Part shown: positions 40,614 through 52,300 of the stretch, piece after piece
How the letters are laid out: each line of letters begins with the position of its first letter
Numbering within the stretch: position 1 is the stretch's first letter
NCBI RefSeq assembly: GCF_006345805.1
Contig: NC_043007.1
Coordinates: 29,884,001 to 29,948,000, forward strand
Direction of reading: 5' to 3'
Origin: Octopus sinensis
Lineage: Eukaryota
Length of the DNA: 64,000 nucleotides
Notes under the pieces: generated by a model
Database searches by the model: none
The model's input: only the letters and a program-made list of their open reading frames with translations
What the model was told of the DNA's origin: nothing
Position numbers and translations under genes: made by a program

Positions 40614-40901
40614 TAATAATAATAATAATAATAATATAAAATAATAATAGTCACTTCTTGGCGACTACCACTGCATTTATTTCTAATACCACCACCACCA
40701 CCCCACCACCACCACAATCATACCAACGACGACATGTTGTTTATATTGAATTTTGCAAGAAAAGTAAAAAGTACACTGGATTAGATTTCTTTTGAAAATC
40801 GTCTTAATTTAATGATGACGATGATTATGCTTTTGATGATGATGGCGTCGTTGATAATTACACACACACACACACACACAATGTATATGTTTGAGTGTGT
40901 T

Positions 40902-40938
<37 letters not shown>

Positions 40939-43173
40939 TGGGGGACGGCAACAGCTGTTAAGTGTTTGCGAATGTTTTCAAATAACCTTCAAAGGTGAGA
41001 GCCACGTAAAGGCTGAACGCTGTAAAGCGTAGGATCGACCAAGTGTTTGTGGCAGTTTCTAGAAGCAATCGATATTATGTCATTAATGGAAGCCAATGGG
41101 TGAGGGTGGCCTGGGAACGATTGGAGGCGTTTTACGAAGACGATATGAATCATTACTTCTGCTGTTCTTTGATGTCCAGAATTAGGAAGGAGACCCCGGA
41201 TGTCTTTGGCCTAGAAGTGTGTCAAGGGCATTGGCCCAGGACCAGGAAGGTTCAGGAGCTGCGAACACTCACCACCCATCCCTAAAATTCGGGTGGGTAG
41301 GGGGACACTGAAAACGCTTTGAATATTCTCCTGGGAAACAGAGTTGGGCACCTCCAAAGAAAATTTCGTTCCCGCAGTTATATCCATGGAAAGCTTTGAT
41401 TGTTCGGGTAAACTGTAGAAGTATGGTTATGTTTATAACCGGCAATATCTGAATCTGAGAGATACACATACAAGGCAACGAAGCCATCCCGTCACCGTCT
41501 GCGTGTCCCGAATATTCGACATAAGACAAACTCGCCAAATGGACAATCATATCAGCATTTTCTAAAATAATAATAATAAAAAAAAAAAGAAAATGATGAA
41601 ATGTTTTATTTGTCAGGTATCAAATAGGCAAGTCTTTATTCAACGTAAAACAGTGAGAAAAGGTTATGAGACAATTTCAAGCGAAATTTCTTTTGGCGAT
41701 TTTTCCTACAACAAAAACGTTTCCTTATAATCGACCGTGAATTACTGATTTGAGGTGTTTGTTGAGCAGCTGTTATCAGGAGCAGAAAGGACCCCACTAT
41801 TAAGCGACCTATTAGTTTTCTTTGATAAGGAACTGTGGGTAGCTTCCTCATCTTAATTGTCTTAATAAAAGAAGTTTTGACGAGGATTTGGTTGAAAGGT
41901 TTAACGTCAAAATGATTTCTCTGGCCAAACCGTCATTAATTTCTTCAGGCACCTCCCGAACAGAAAACTAAAAGTTGAATGACAGAAAGGATTTACTCCC
42001 GTAAATATTATGAAAAGCAGCTGAGAGAAATTGGGTTAACTGGAGCTACGTAATTTGTGTGACCGTGGGTGGATAACAACAACTGAGAGAGGTTACTTTC
42101 GTGTGTTCGGGTTAATCTGGGACTGTGTGGAGGGTGACCCGAATGGTTCTGTGGTTAGCCCTTCATTTGGGCCTCATTTTTTGTTGCTGGTTCTTTTTGT
42201 ATTCTTATTATTTATTTGTTAACGTATTTTTATGATTGTTAATGTTGGTTTTACAAATGTACTCCTTGTTAATTTCCCTATGTGTCTTAGTATCTGAGTT
42301 CAAATCCTGCCGAAGTCAGTATGCCCTTCATATTTCCAGGGGCTGATGAAATAGGTACAATGAAGTAGAGGGTGTGATGATACAATATACGGTACTTGCC
42401 TTTACAATGTCTGTCGTTGTGACTATTTTATCAGTCCTTATACAGAGTTGTTAGAGTGTTGGACAAAGTATTTTTTGAAGTTAGTTACATCCCTTAAAGA
42501 TCTATGTTCGAATTCTACTAGGGACGGCTGTGTTTTGTCATGGTTCTGGGTTTGATAAAATAAGTTCCACCCAAATGGGTTCGTTTACAGCTGCGTAGTT
42601 GAGACGTTCACTTCGCTACTCTGGATCTCGGCGTGTGGTGCCATTCCTCAGCTTCTGGAGCAAGTCCCTTCTACTACAGCTCCCCCCACACACACACATA
42701 CACACACGTATAACCTATGAACTGTTGCATCCACACACAACTTCCTTCACCATGACCACCAAGTAGAGGAAGATAACATACTCCTTCTTGCCAAAGGAAG
42801 GCAGTGAGTTACCCTTCAAGATAGAATCGAGTGGAAGCTGCAACTACCCTGCACACGATAACAACCATTGGATATTCGCCCATAGATCAGCACGGGCAAG
42901 GAACGGTTTCGTTGGCTTGCATCAGAAATTGGTCAAGTTCCTGGCGGCTTTAATACGGACAGAGTTTATAGAGTTTAGCACTAACAGCCCTTCGCTCTGT
43001 GAATCTGAAAATTCTTCAAAAGTGACAATTCATTTTGTGCCTTCGACTGTTTCCAGGCCATCTTCACTCACACTCCTCAATAAAAATATCGATTATTTTA
43101 ATACCTGCAATAAATATTCGGTCGATCCTATAAGAAGTAACAACCAGCAAAAGCATTCAGTCTTCGCACACGC

Positions 43174-43224
<51 letters not shown>

Positions 43225-43404
43225 TGTTTGAAGGAAACACTTAGAGACAAAGCACAGCTGTTACTTTCGCTCCAGTTTCTCAATAACTTGTGGCGCACTT
43301 TCATTTTTATTCTTATTGTTGTCGTTGTTGTGGTTCTTCTGGTTTTTCTTTCCCTATCTTATGTTCACTCGTAAACACACACAGACACACATTTTAATAT
43401 GTAA

Positions 43405-43619
43405 AACCCCGCAAAGCGGAAGAGTCTGCGTTCCAGTTGCGTGATGGTAGGATCAGGACAAGGCACGATGGTCAGACGGTAGTAGATGACGGATGCGATG
43501 TACGCATTCGCCACCTCAGTCCGACCTTTTAGAGATAGCTTCCTCTAGGCTCATTGCTGGGTGAGAGCGGCCACCCTACTCTTTATCTCATCCCAGTTCT
43601 GCTCCATTTGGGACGAGAT

Positions 43620-43620
<1 letters not shown>
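43405..43620 (-). mobile_element. Tx1/L1-clade ORF2 internal fragment starting at a (TATC)n array
   Basis: Minus strand: NWDEIKSRVAALTQQ*A*RKLSLKGRTEVANAYIASVIYYRLTIVPCP..LERRLFRF, the post-RT L1-type region. Confidence 0.75.
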
Positions 43621-43675
<55 letters not shown>

Positions 43676-43676
43676 C

Positions 43677-43738
<62 letters not shown>

Positions 43739-45264
43739 GAAGTGACATAGTGGGAGAGACAGAAAAAAATTGCCATAAGATGTCAGAGCCGAGTTGGGGG
43801 AGAGGGGGGAAAGGGAAGAGAAGATGTGAAAGTGGATTTTTGTTTGAGGGGGTGGGGTGGATATCAGTAAATATATTTGTCCCGATAAAGAAATGAAAGA
43901 CATTAATCTATTACGACCAAAATCATGGCCAGGACGGTCGATCAATCATACACTTACTTAACCTTGGTTGACCAAGGGCTAAACAGCATCATCATCATCA
44001 TCAACAACAACCACATTTCAGCTACAATAAAGTACAATTGTCTCGCCGAGGTCAGTTTTGTTATTTATTTCATCATCCAAGGGATAATAAAATAAAGATT
44101 ACCAGGGGTTTTAGTATGTCGTCTTAAGACGATTTGTTGAAACCTCTTCACGACGTTTGAGTAATTAAATTTTACTTCAGTTCAAATCCTGCCAAGGGTT
44201 TTGTGAGGTGGGGCGGGGTGCATAACTCTTTTCCAGGACTCCTATAGTTTGGGGGGTGTGAAAGAAGGAAGGAAGGAAGGTAATGGTCTCGGGACAGATG
44301 GCTTGATCTCATTACTTGCAACACTCTGGAATCTTCTGAAGGCCCCCAATGATCAGATGGTGGTTCCAAACCGAGCGTGGTGGGGGCAGAGGTTTAAATC
44401 AAGACATTCCAGCCATGGCCATCTAAACTGTCTTTCTGTCATGGTGTATCTTGGACAGCACTCTCTAATTTCTTCTTTCGTCTTCTTTGACTTGTTCAGT
44501 CACTGGGTTGCGACCATACTGGGGCACCACCCTGAACGGTTTTAGTCGAACGAATCGATACCAGTTCTATGAAGACAGTACTGAACCGAAGACCAAGGCC
44601 GCCATTTGCATATTGAGGTTGGCCTGTCGCCATCTTGTATCGCCAAATTGAACGTTACATTTAACATCCACCTCTGTGGCGGTTAAAAGTTTGGAGTTTG
44701 GCGGACAAGGCGTCTGGTGGTTACACGGAATAATGCAAAAGATGACACAAATCCCGCCCAAGCTTTTATCCTATCCACTCTGATAAAATACAGAACAGTC
44801 AAGTACTAGGGTTGATATGACCGACTTGCTCTCTCTCCCCTCAAAATTGCTGGGTTTTTATGCCAAAATCAGAATTATTATCATTAAAAATTTAAATTAT
44901 ATCCTAATATTATTAGCTATTTTTAAGACGACAAGCTGGCAGAATCGTTAATGCTTTGTGACTTCACGTTTTGAGTTCAAATACCGCCGGAGTAGACTTT
45001 GCCTTTCATCCTCTCAGGGATAACAAATACCTCAAAATTGGTGACTTTGCACCAAAAACGATGGGTAGTTATTAGTATGTGTATATCTCTCACCGATGTA
45101 TGCCAGTGAAGGGAGAAACTGAAAACCCAGGCCCACTGTCTTGCTGCTCTCACCATCTTAGATATTGTTCAAGAATTGTAATATCAAAGATGGTAAATTG
45201 TTGGATCTGTAAATAAACAACGACCTCCTCTAGAAAACGAATGAAACAATACGCTACATTCGCC

Positions 45265-45555
45265 CTCCTTCTCGAGCCATGCCTGGCTCATAAGGGCCGG
45301 TTTCCCGGTTTCCTTGGCGTATAGGTTCCCCACCTGGACGGGACGCCGGTCCGTCGCAGCTGAGCTGTAAGATGCAGGAGGAAAGAGTGAGAGAAAGTTG
45401 TGGCGAAAGAATCAGCAGAAGTTCGCCATTACCTTCTGCCGGATCCACATAGAGCTTAGGTGTTTCGCTCATAAAAAACATACATCGCCCGGTCTGAGAT
45501 TCGAACCCGCGATCCCTCGTCTGCGAGTCCGCTATATTCTAACCACTAGGCCATA
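45265..45555 (-). mobile_element. tRNA-headed SINE of a separate family (Meta-like central domain)
   Basis: Minus strand head TGGCCTAGTGGTTAG..GGGTTCGAATCTC; CCACCTGGACGGGACGCCGGTCCGTCGCAG resembles a conserved SINE central domain. Confidence 0.55.
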
Positions 45556-45723
45556 GTGAGTTAATTACTAAGCCTGGTTGTGTGGTGAGGAGTTTGCTTT
45601 GCAACCGCATGGTTCCGGGTTCAGAATCACTGCATGGCACCTTCGGCAAGTGTCTTCTACTATAGCCTTGGGCTGACCAAAGCCTTGTGAGGGGATTTGG
45701 TAGACGGAAACGGAAAGAAGCCT

Positions 45724-45768
<45 letters not shown>

Positions 45769-46482
45769 GTGCATGTGCGTGTGTGTGTGCGTGCGTGTGT
45801 GTGTGTGTGTGTGTGTGTGTTCACTGCCGCTTGACAACCAGTGTTAGTGTGTTTATGTCTCTGTAACTTAGCGGTTCAGTAAAAGAGTCTAATAGAATAA
45901 GTACCAGGCTTTGGAAAAATAATAAGTCCGGGGTCGATTTGTTCAAGGCGGTGCTCCAGTATGGCCGCAGTCCAAATGACTGAAACAAGTAAAAAAAAAT
46001 AATAATAAAAGCGAAAACCAGCACACATTAGAATTTTTGTAAACATTCAGTGATTCTAGATAATGAGGGAACCTGTGATTACTACGACTAATTAAACTGA
46101 CTAAATTTAATTGGATATTTTATAAATAATAATACATCGTAGTTTACAATTTTTGTAGACATTCGAGGACCCAGGAATGTTGTTTCTATGAAGTCCGTTC
46201 CGTTTTGTAGTGGAGGTCGTTATTTATTTCGATACTACGGTCATACCTGAAACAGAAATGTAAACAAAAATAAACCCAATCTGAGCAAGCCGACATTATT
46301 TGAGGGATATTTAGCTGCAGTTTCTAGTAGTCTGCAGAACCACGTACAGGCCTCCTTGCTGTTCTTTTACCTTTTCTGTTCTTCAGGTGTTCCATTCCAT
46401 TCAAAAAACCAGCGTTCAAAGCGAGAAATTTAATTGGTTCGTTTCACTAACGGAAGCCACTTCCACCTTTTCCACTCACCCC

Positions 46483-46522
46483 GTTGCTATGACACTCTAC
46501 CAGACGCTTGTTTTCTAACAAG
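46483..46522 (+). promoter_or_regulatory. Candidate X-box (RFX) half-site and non-coding first exon of DNAAF1
   Basis: GTTGCTATGACAC at 46483 (partial X-box), CGGAAG ETS-like motif at 46451, strong donor AAG|GTAAGA at 46523. The DNAAF1 ATG lies directly after an acceptor, so an upstream UTR exon is required. Confidence 0.4.
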
Positions 46523-46558
46523 GTAAGAAGACTCGACTGTTTTGTCTCCACATCATCA

Positions 46559-46637
<79 letters not shown>

Positions 46638-46961
46638 TTCTCTCTCTCTCTCGTCTCACATTTTATTTATTTCTATCAACTTTTAAACTCTCGATGTTTT
46701 CTTCTCACACTTTCATCTTGTTTTCATTTCCCTGTCAAATCTCTGCTGTTTTGTTAATAGCGTTCGGGGTTCAAATATTGACTTGGTTCACTTCCCCTTT
46801 CTTGGTTTGCTCCAACGAACTGGTATAATTATAATGCGGCGAGGTGTGGAAAAAGGGCAATTTCGACGCCTCCCCCCTTCAGTCCCCTCTCTGCCCTCCG
46901 TCCAATGGAATTGGAGGCTTTCTGTCACTATCAAACATCAGACACACACGCACGCACGTAC

Positions 46962-47002
<41 letters not shown>

Positions 47003-48446
47003 TATGGAATTTACATACACATATATTTATTACTATACATACATACATACATACATACATACATACATACATACATACATACATGCACACACATACATAC
47101 ATATGTACATGCATATACATACATGCATGCATGCATGCACACACACATACATACATATGTACATGCACATACATACATATGTCTGTATCTATGTTTGTGT
47201 CTATGTTCATAAGTGAGTATTTAAACCTGCGTACGTATAAATGCATAAATCTATATGTATATGTTTCATTATCATTTCGCGTACGTTTCCCGTGCTGGCA
47301 TGGGTTGGATGGTTTGACAGGACCCGATGAGCGTCAGGGGCCGATCATGCCCCAGTGCCTGCTTGGCATGGTTCCTACAACTGGCTGCTCTACCTAATCC
47401 CAATCTCGTTACAGAGTGGAGTAGGTGTGTTTTCCAAGCCACTGGCACTGGTGGGGTTGCCAAGTAACTTTCAAGGCAGGAAAGAAAAACAAAAGGGGGA
47501 AAGGAGAAAAAAACCCTTCTTAGCTAAGGGGTGGTGGGGGAGGTGGCAGGATTTGAGAGGGTGGAAAGGTGACTTTATGTTAGGGACATGTCTCTTGCTA
47601 CGGAGAAGATACATGGCTACCCAGTATTTATATAAAAGTGGGTGGGAGTATCTGGGGAAAGGTAAGATATCAGTGATGAGGTGCCAGACAAAACCTCAGG
47701 AAGCAATGGGTGGGTGGGGGACATTTTATATGAGTGTGGGGGATGAGTACCAGATGGTTAGAGGTGAAGAACAGGAGTGGAGGGGAGATATCAGTATGAG
47801 TGGGTGGTGGTGTAAGGTGAGAAAGATAAGAGGGACTTGGGGATGATAGATCAGGCAGTAGGGGATGATGATGTTGGCATAGGAGGAGTGGGTAGGAGGC
47901 CTTGAAATATTTATTCCAGTTGCACCCCTGCATTTCATGCTTAGCTCACAAACAAACAAGGAATCTGTTTCTCAACTTTTAGCTCTTCTGACAACCTGTT
48001 GTTAATCCAATCATCACATGACACCATTCCATGGATTAACACAGCCTTCCAGTTTCAAAGCAAGTACTGTCTTAATCCTGCCACTTGACTTAATACTCGG
48101 ACATGACAGGCCATTGTTATCCCTGCTCTCACATGACACATTCACTGCACCAATACAGACTTAACTTTTGATGTAATTAACATTCACATTGTCACATGAC
48201 CCTCTGACCCCTTGTCCAACTTCAACCAACTCAACTGTACTTCAACTGATGGCAATTGGAACCCTAATCACACCGAGCAAATTTTCAAAACTCTTGTCAG
48301 AATCAAGACAAATTATATAGCCCAGCCCCCAGTCCCATCATCTTGCACTACTTTTGAAAGTCCTGAAACGGTGAAACTGGTTCCCTGGTTAAGTATATGT
48401 AAATATGTTTTTCTAAAACCCCAAATGTACTCTCAACTTCTTTTAG

Positions 48447-48520
<74 letters not shown>

Positions 48521-48525
48521 GTGTG

Positions 48526-48566
<41 letters not shown>

Positions 48567-48579
48567 TCATAGTCCGTGG

Positions 48580-49030
48580 CCTATGCCAGTCGGTGTAACC
48601 AACCCACTTATGAATACCCCTCATTCATTGGACAATAAACTTTGCTTGCAAAGACCTACTGACGCAAGTGAAATCAAATCAAAATCGTTGACATGGCCGA
48701 TGACAGTACCGCCTGATTGGCACTCATGCCAGTGGAATGTTAAAAGCACATCCGAGTGTGATTGTTGCCAGGGCCACGGATTGGCTCCTGTGCCAGTGGC
48801 ACATAAAAAGCACCATTTGACCATGATCATTGCCAGCGTCGCCTTACCGGCACATTACCGTCGCCTTACTGGCACATTACCATCGCCTTACCAGCACTCT
48901 CAGAGTGGCTGGCATTAGGAAGGGCATCCAGCTGTAGAAACTTTGCCAGATCAGATTGGAGCCTGGTGCAGCCTTCTGGCTCACCAACCTCAGTTAAACC
49001 GTCCAACCCATGCCAGCATGGAAAATGGAT
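48580..49030 (+). mobile_element. Dispersed octopus-type repeat family (GGCATTAGGAAGGGCATCCAGCTGTAGAAAC core)
   Basis: Related copies on the minus strand at about 49945-50270 (with internal 63-bp tandem units) and 63395-63810, and a partial copy at about 54165-54295. Confidence 0.6.
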
Positions 49031-49108
49031 GTTAAATGATGATGATGATATATATATATGTATGTATATGATGACAGACTTTTATCTGTTTTTTTTCTTT
49101 CTCTTCAG

Positions 49109-49316
49109 ATGCCCACCACCATTAAAATACCTGCTGATGACGTCACAAATGCTACAACCAACACCAACACCAGTGCCACCACCCACAACAACAACAACAA
49201 CAACTCTACAGAACTGTCCCATTCTCTCAGCCAATCCGATTCTGATGCTAACAACATAGTTTCTATAAAACCAGGAGCAGGAATTGCTGAAGATTCTGTT
49301 CTTGAAACAGGAAATG
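49109..49316 (+). CDS. DNAAF1: DNAAF1 coding exon 1 (MPTTIKIP.., Thr/Asn-rich)
   Basis: Pyrimidine tract + CAG|ATG; donor G|GTAAAT; phase 1. No recognisable homology, assigned by phase and position. Confidence 0.7.
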
Positions 49317-52300
49317 GTAAATGGTTTTTTAAAATCAAAATTTACAGAGTTTGTGATATTTCTAAATTAATGACGTTTGTTCTTGATTGTTTAGTTGGCA
49401 TTCAATTCTTGTTAATGGTACCACACAGGGTCCATGTAGGAGTAAAATGTCATTGCTGCATGTGGGGACAGGTACTGGACTGTGTCTGTGGTAAATAGGT
49501 ACCACTGGACGCTACCCTTCTCTGTATTGTATTAAAGATTTAAATACTTCACTCTCAACTGATTTTGGTTTCAAATTTTGGCACAAGGCCAGTAAATTTG
49601 AGGGGAGGGTGAAGTCGATCACATCGGCCCCGGTGCTCAGTTGGTACTTATTTTACCGACCCCAAAAGGATGAAGGGCAAATCAACCTCAGCAGAGCTTG
49701 AACTCCAGGCATAAAGACCAATGGAGTGCAACAAAGCATTTTGTCAACCATTCTGCCAACTCATTCTGTCTTTTGCTCTCAGAAGATATTAAAGTTATTT
49801 GATCTCCAATTGATTCCAGTGATTTCCAGTGTTCTTTGTTTAGTGGCTCCCAGCCTAGGGTCCACGGAACCCTGGTGGTCTGCAAAGGTAGTACTGGGGG
49901 GAGGGGGTTCCGTGAACTAAATTCAAAATTTCATATATCATCATCATCATCATCATCATTTAGCGTCCGCTTTCCATGCTAGTATGGGTTGGACAGTTCA
50001 ACTAGGGTCTGGGAAGCCAGAAGGCTGCACCAGGCTCCAGTCTGATCTGGCAGTGTTTCTACAGCTGGATGCCCTTCCTAACGCCAACCACTCCGTGAAT
50101 GTAGTGGGTGCTTTTTACGTGCCACCGGCACAGGTGTCAGATGAGGCTGGCAAACGACCACGATCGGATGGTGCTTTTTATGTGCCACCGGCACAGGTGC
50201 CAGACGAGGCTGGCGAACGGCCACGATCGGATGGTGCTTTTTACGTGCCACCGGCACGGAGGCCAGGATAAGCATATTAAAAGGGGTCCATGGGAAAACA
50301 CATTTAAATATAATGGTTGGGAACCACTGTGAAAAGGTTGGAAACCACTGGTTTATGCCATTGATATGAAGTTGCTCTTTCTCTCTCTCTCCCTCTTTCT
50401 GTCCGCTTGTCTGTCTGTCTCTGCCTTTCTCTGTTTCTTTCTTTCTCTTGGTATTTATTATTCACTTACAGACACGTATGTACTTAAACATTCAAATTTA
50501 TTTCAGATGGAACCACCAATCAGAGTGAATTTGCTGGAGATTGCTCAAAGACATTGGAATCTACTGAAGATTGTCCAGAAGCAGTGGGAACCATTGGGGA
50601 TTGTCCAAAGACAGTGGAAACTGTTGGAGATATTTCAAAGACAGGAGAAGATATTGGAGATTGTCCAGAAATAGTGGAAGCTGTTGGAGATTGTTCCAAG
50701 ACAATAGAAAAGGCTAAAGATTGTTCAAACTTGGTTGCATCTGCTGGAGATTGTTCAAACACAGTGGAAACCATGGAAGATTCTCCAGACCCAGTAGAAT
50801 TTGTTGGAAATTGTTCAAAGATAATTGAACCTGTTGGGGATTGTCCAAAGACAGTGGAAACTGTTGGAGATATTTCAAAGACAGGAGAAGATATTGGAGA
50901 TTGTCCAGAAATAGTGGAAGCTGTTGGAGATTGTTCCAAGACAATAGAAAAGGCTAAAGATTGTTCAAACTTGGTTGCATCTGCTGGAGATTGTTCAAAC
51001 ACAGTGGAAACCATGGAAGATTCTCCAGACCCAGTAGAATTTGTTGGAAATTGTTCAAAGATAATTGAACCTGTTGGGGATTGTCCAAAGATATTGGAAG
51101 GTGTTGGAGATTGTCCAGAGACAATGGAATCTGTTGGGGATTGTCCAAAGATATTGGAAGATGTTGGAGATTGTCCAGAGACAATGGAATCTGTTGGAGA
51201 TTGTTCCAAGACATTGGAAGATGCTAAAGATTGTTCAAACACTGTTGTATCTGCTGAAGATGTTTCAATAACAGTGGAATCTATTGAAGAATCTCTGAAG
51301 ACAGTTGAATCTACTGGAGTTTGTTCAAAGACTGTGGAAGCTGTTGGAGATTGTACAAAAATATTGGAAGCTGTTGGAAGTTGTCCAGAGATATTGGAAT
51401 CTACTGGAGTTTGTTCAGAGACAGTGGAATCTGTTGAAGATTGTCCAAAGATATTGGAAGATGTTAAAGTTTTTTCAAATGTAGTCATATCTGCTGCAGA
51501 CAGTTCAAAGACAGAGGAATCTACTGGAGAATTTTTGAAGAAAGTGGAATCTACTGAGGATTGTTCCAAGACAGTGGAATTTGTGGATGATTGTCCAAAG
51601 TCAGTGGAATCTGTTGGTGACGGTTCAAAGACACTGGAAGTTATTGAACATATTTCAAATAAAGTGGAAGCTGTTGAAGATATTTCAAAGACAGAAGAAA
51701 ATGTTGGAGATGTTTCAAAAAGTGTGGAAGATGTTGGAGATATTTCAAAGGCAGCAGAAACTGTTGAAGATTCTTCAAAACTAGCAGAATCTGCTGAAGA
51801 TGTTCCAAAAATAGTAGAAGATGCTGCAGATAGTTCAAAGACATTGGAATCTGAGACAGTGACTACAAATGGTCTGGATGGAAAACAGAAAGACAGTGCA
51901 AAAGATAATGGTAATTATTCCATTTTTAGTTAGTTCCTCCTAGCAGATTTAACTTTGGATATTGATGTGTGTCTGGCTAAGTTCCTTAATGTTGTAATGT
52001 CATTGAATGTTGATGGTATAACTCTTATGTTGTGCTGTTGGGATAGCATGGATTTTTTGTTATTGTTGGGTTTGGAGGAAGTGGGAGCACCTGTAGCCTT
52101 GCAAGACCAATGAGATGCCATTAAGGTTTGTAAGTCAACCTCTGCAGAAGAGAGACATGAGCAAGGAGGGAATTCCAGGGGGATGACATGGTGGGAAGAA
52201 GGACTGGCATTTGTGATTAGTGCAGGGTCTGGTGGGTGGGTGGGAGGTGTGGAGATGAACACAACAAGTGAGATGGGAGGAGAAGGAGTGGCAAGTGGAA

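Noticed and set aside
50520-51569. 349-aa antisense ORF over the repeat exon
   Set aside because: By-product of the 30-bp repeat lacking stops on that strand; the plus frame has splice sites and joins DNAAF1.
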